This document shows, in pieces, positions 53,848-53,987 of a DNA stretch of 53,987 bases. Both the position numbers and the translations under genes were made by a program. The DNA comes from a bacterium (GTDB lineage Bacteria; Zixibacteria; MSB-5A5; GN15; FEB-12): the NCBI GenBank assembly GCA_043811375.1, contig JBDRNJ010000060.1, forward strand, positions 1 to 53,987. Direction: 5' to 3'. The notes under the pieces were generated by a model. That model did no database searches. It saw nothing but the letters and a program-made list of their open reading frames with translations, and was not told the origin of the DNA. Positions within the stretch are counted from its first letter, which is position 1; the number at the start of each line of letters is the position of its first letter.

Positions 53848-53987
53848 GGTGGATTCACATTTGAAGTGCAACATGTTATTCCAAAATATCTCTGCTGGTG
53901 TTAGAAAGTCCAGACATTTTCGTGGTGTGTTATTGTATGCCTGGATGAGTTCGAGGAAGCGATTGTCGGTGAGGGTGGCCAGGTCGG
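53848..53987 (-). mobile_element. IS30-family element, right end (copy 2, inverted, truncated by the window edge)
   Basis: Reverse complement of ~125-264 with two substitutions noticed. The transposase frame ...NMLHFKCESTCPLSRA* ends at TGA 53829-53827. Confidence 0.92.

Noticed and set aside
1..53987. Whole window as an IS30 composite transposon
   Set aside because: The interior is core chromosome (trpS, ruvABC, ispDF, ddl, lon). Each IS sits in its own REP, which points to independent insertions and assembly breaks.

Overview
A ~54 kb chromosomal segment of a fairly GC-rich bacterium. It is probably candidate phylum Zixibacteria or a close FCB relative, inferred from the paired 'GDVDG..DVGDLTYLVAYLFQGG' dockerin-like tails and a T9SS-type C-terminal remnant. 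Housekeeping blocks lie at both ends: hslUV-xerC, ychF-lon-nnr on the left, and pepA, rluB-scpBA-trpS, ddl-dedA-ispFD-queA, ruvCAB on the right. The accessory middle holds exported peptidases, an ankyrin-MBL fusion, a two-kinase/two-regulator operon built around a nucleotide-carrier-HEAT protein, and two dockerin-tailed secreted proteins. The most notable items the ORF track misses: (1) a ~455-nt, densely helical, plus-strand ncRNA candidate between pepA and rluB, with internal repeated motifs and a 23/26-nt match to the intergenic region upstream of queA; (2) IS30 ends at both window edges, each at the same position of a GTCA-type REP palindrome, whose TGA supplies the transposase stop codon; (3) a 2477-bp IS1-type cargo element with 19-bp terminal inverted repeats and a near-perfect 8-bp target duplication; (4) an IS3/T9SS-CTD deletion scar; (5) a 71-bp duplication of the ruvA 3' end; (6) a secreted protein with an apparently degenerate RelA/SpoT-like domain. 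No rRNA, tRNA or CRISPR array was seen. All calls come from reading the sequence; no database search was run.
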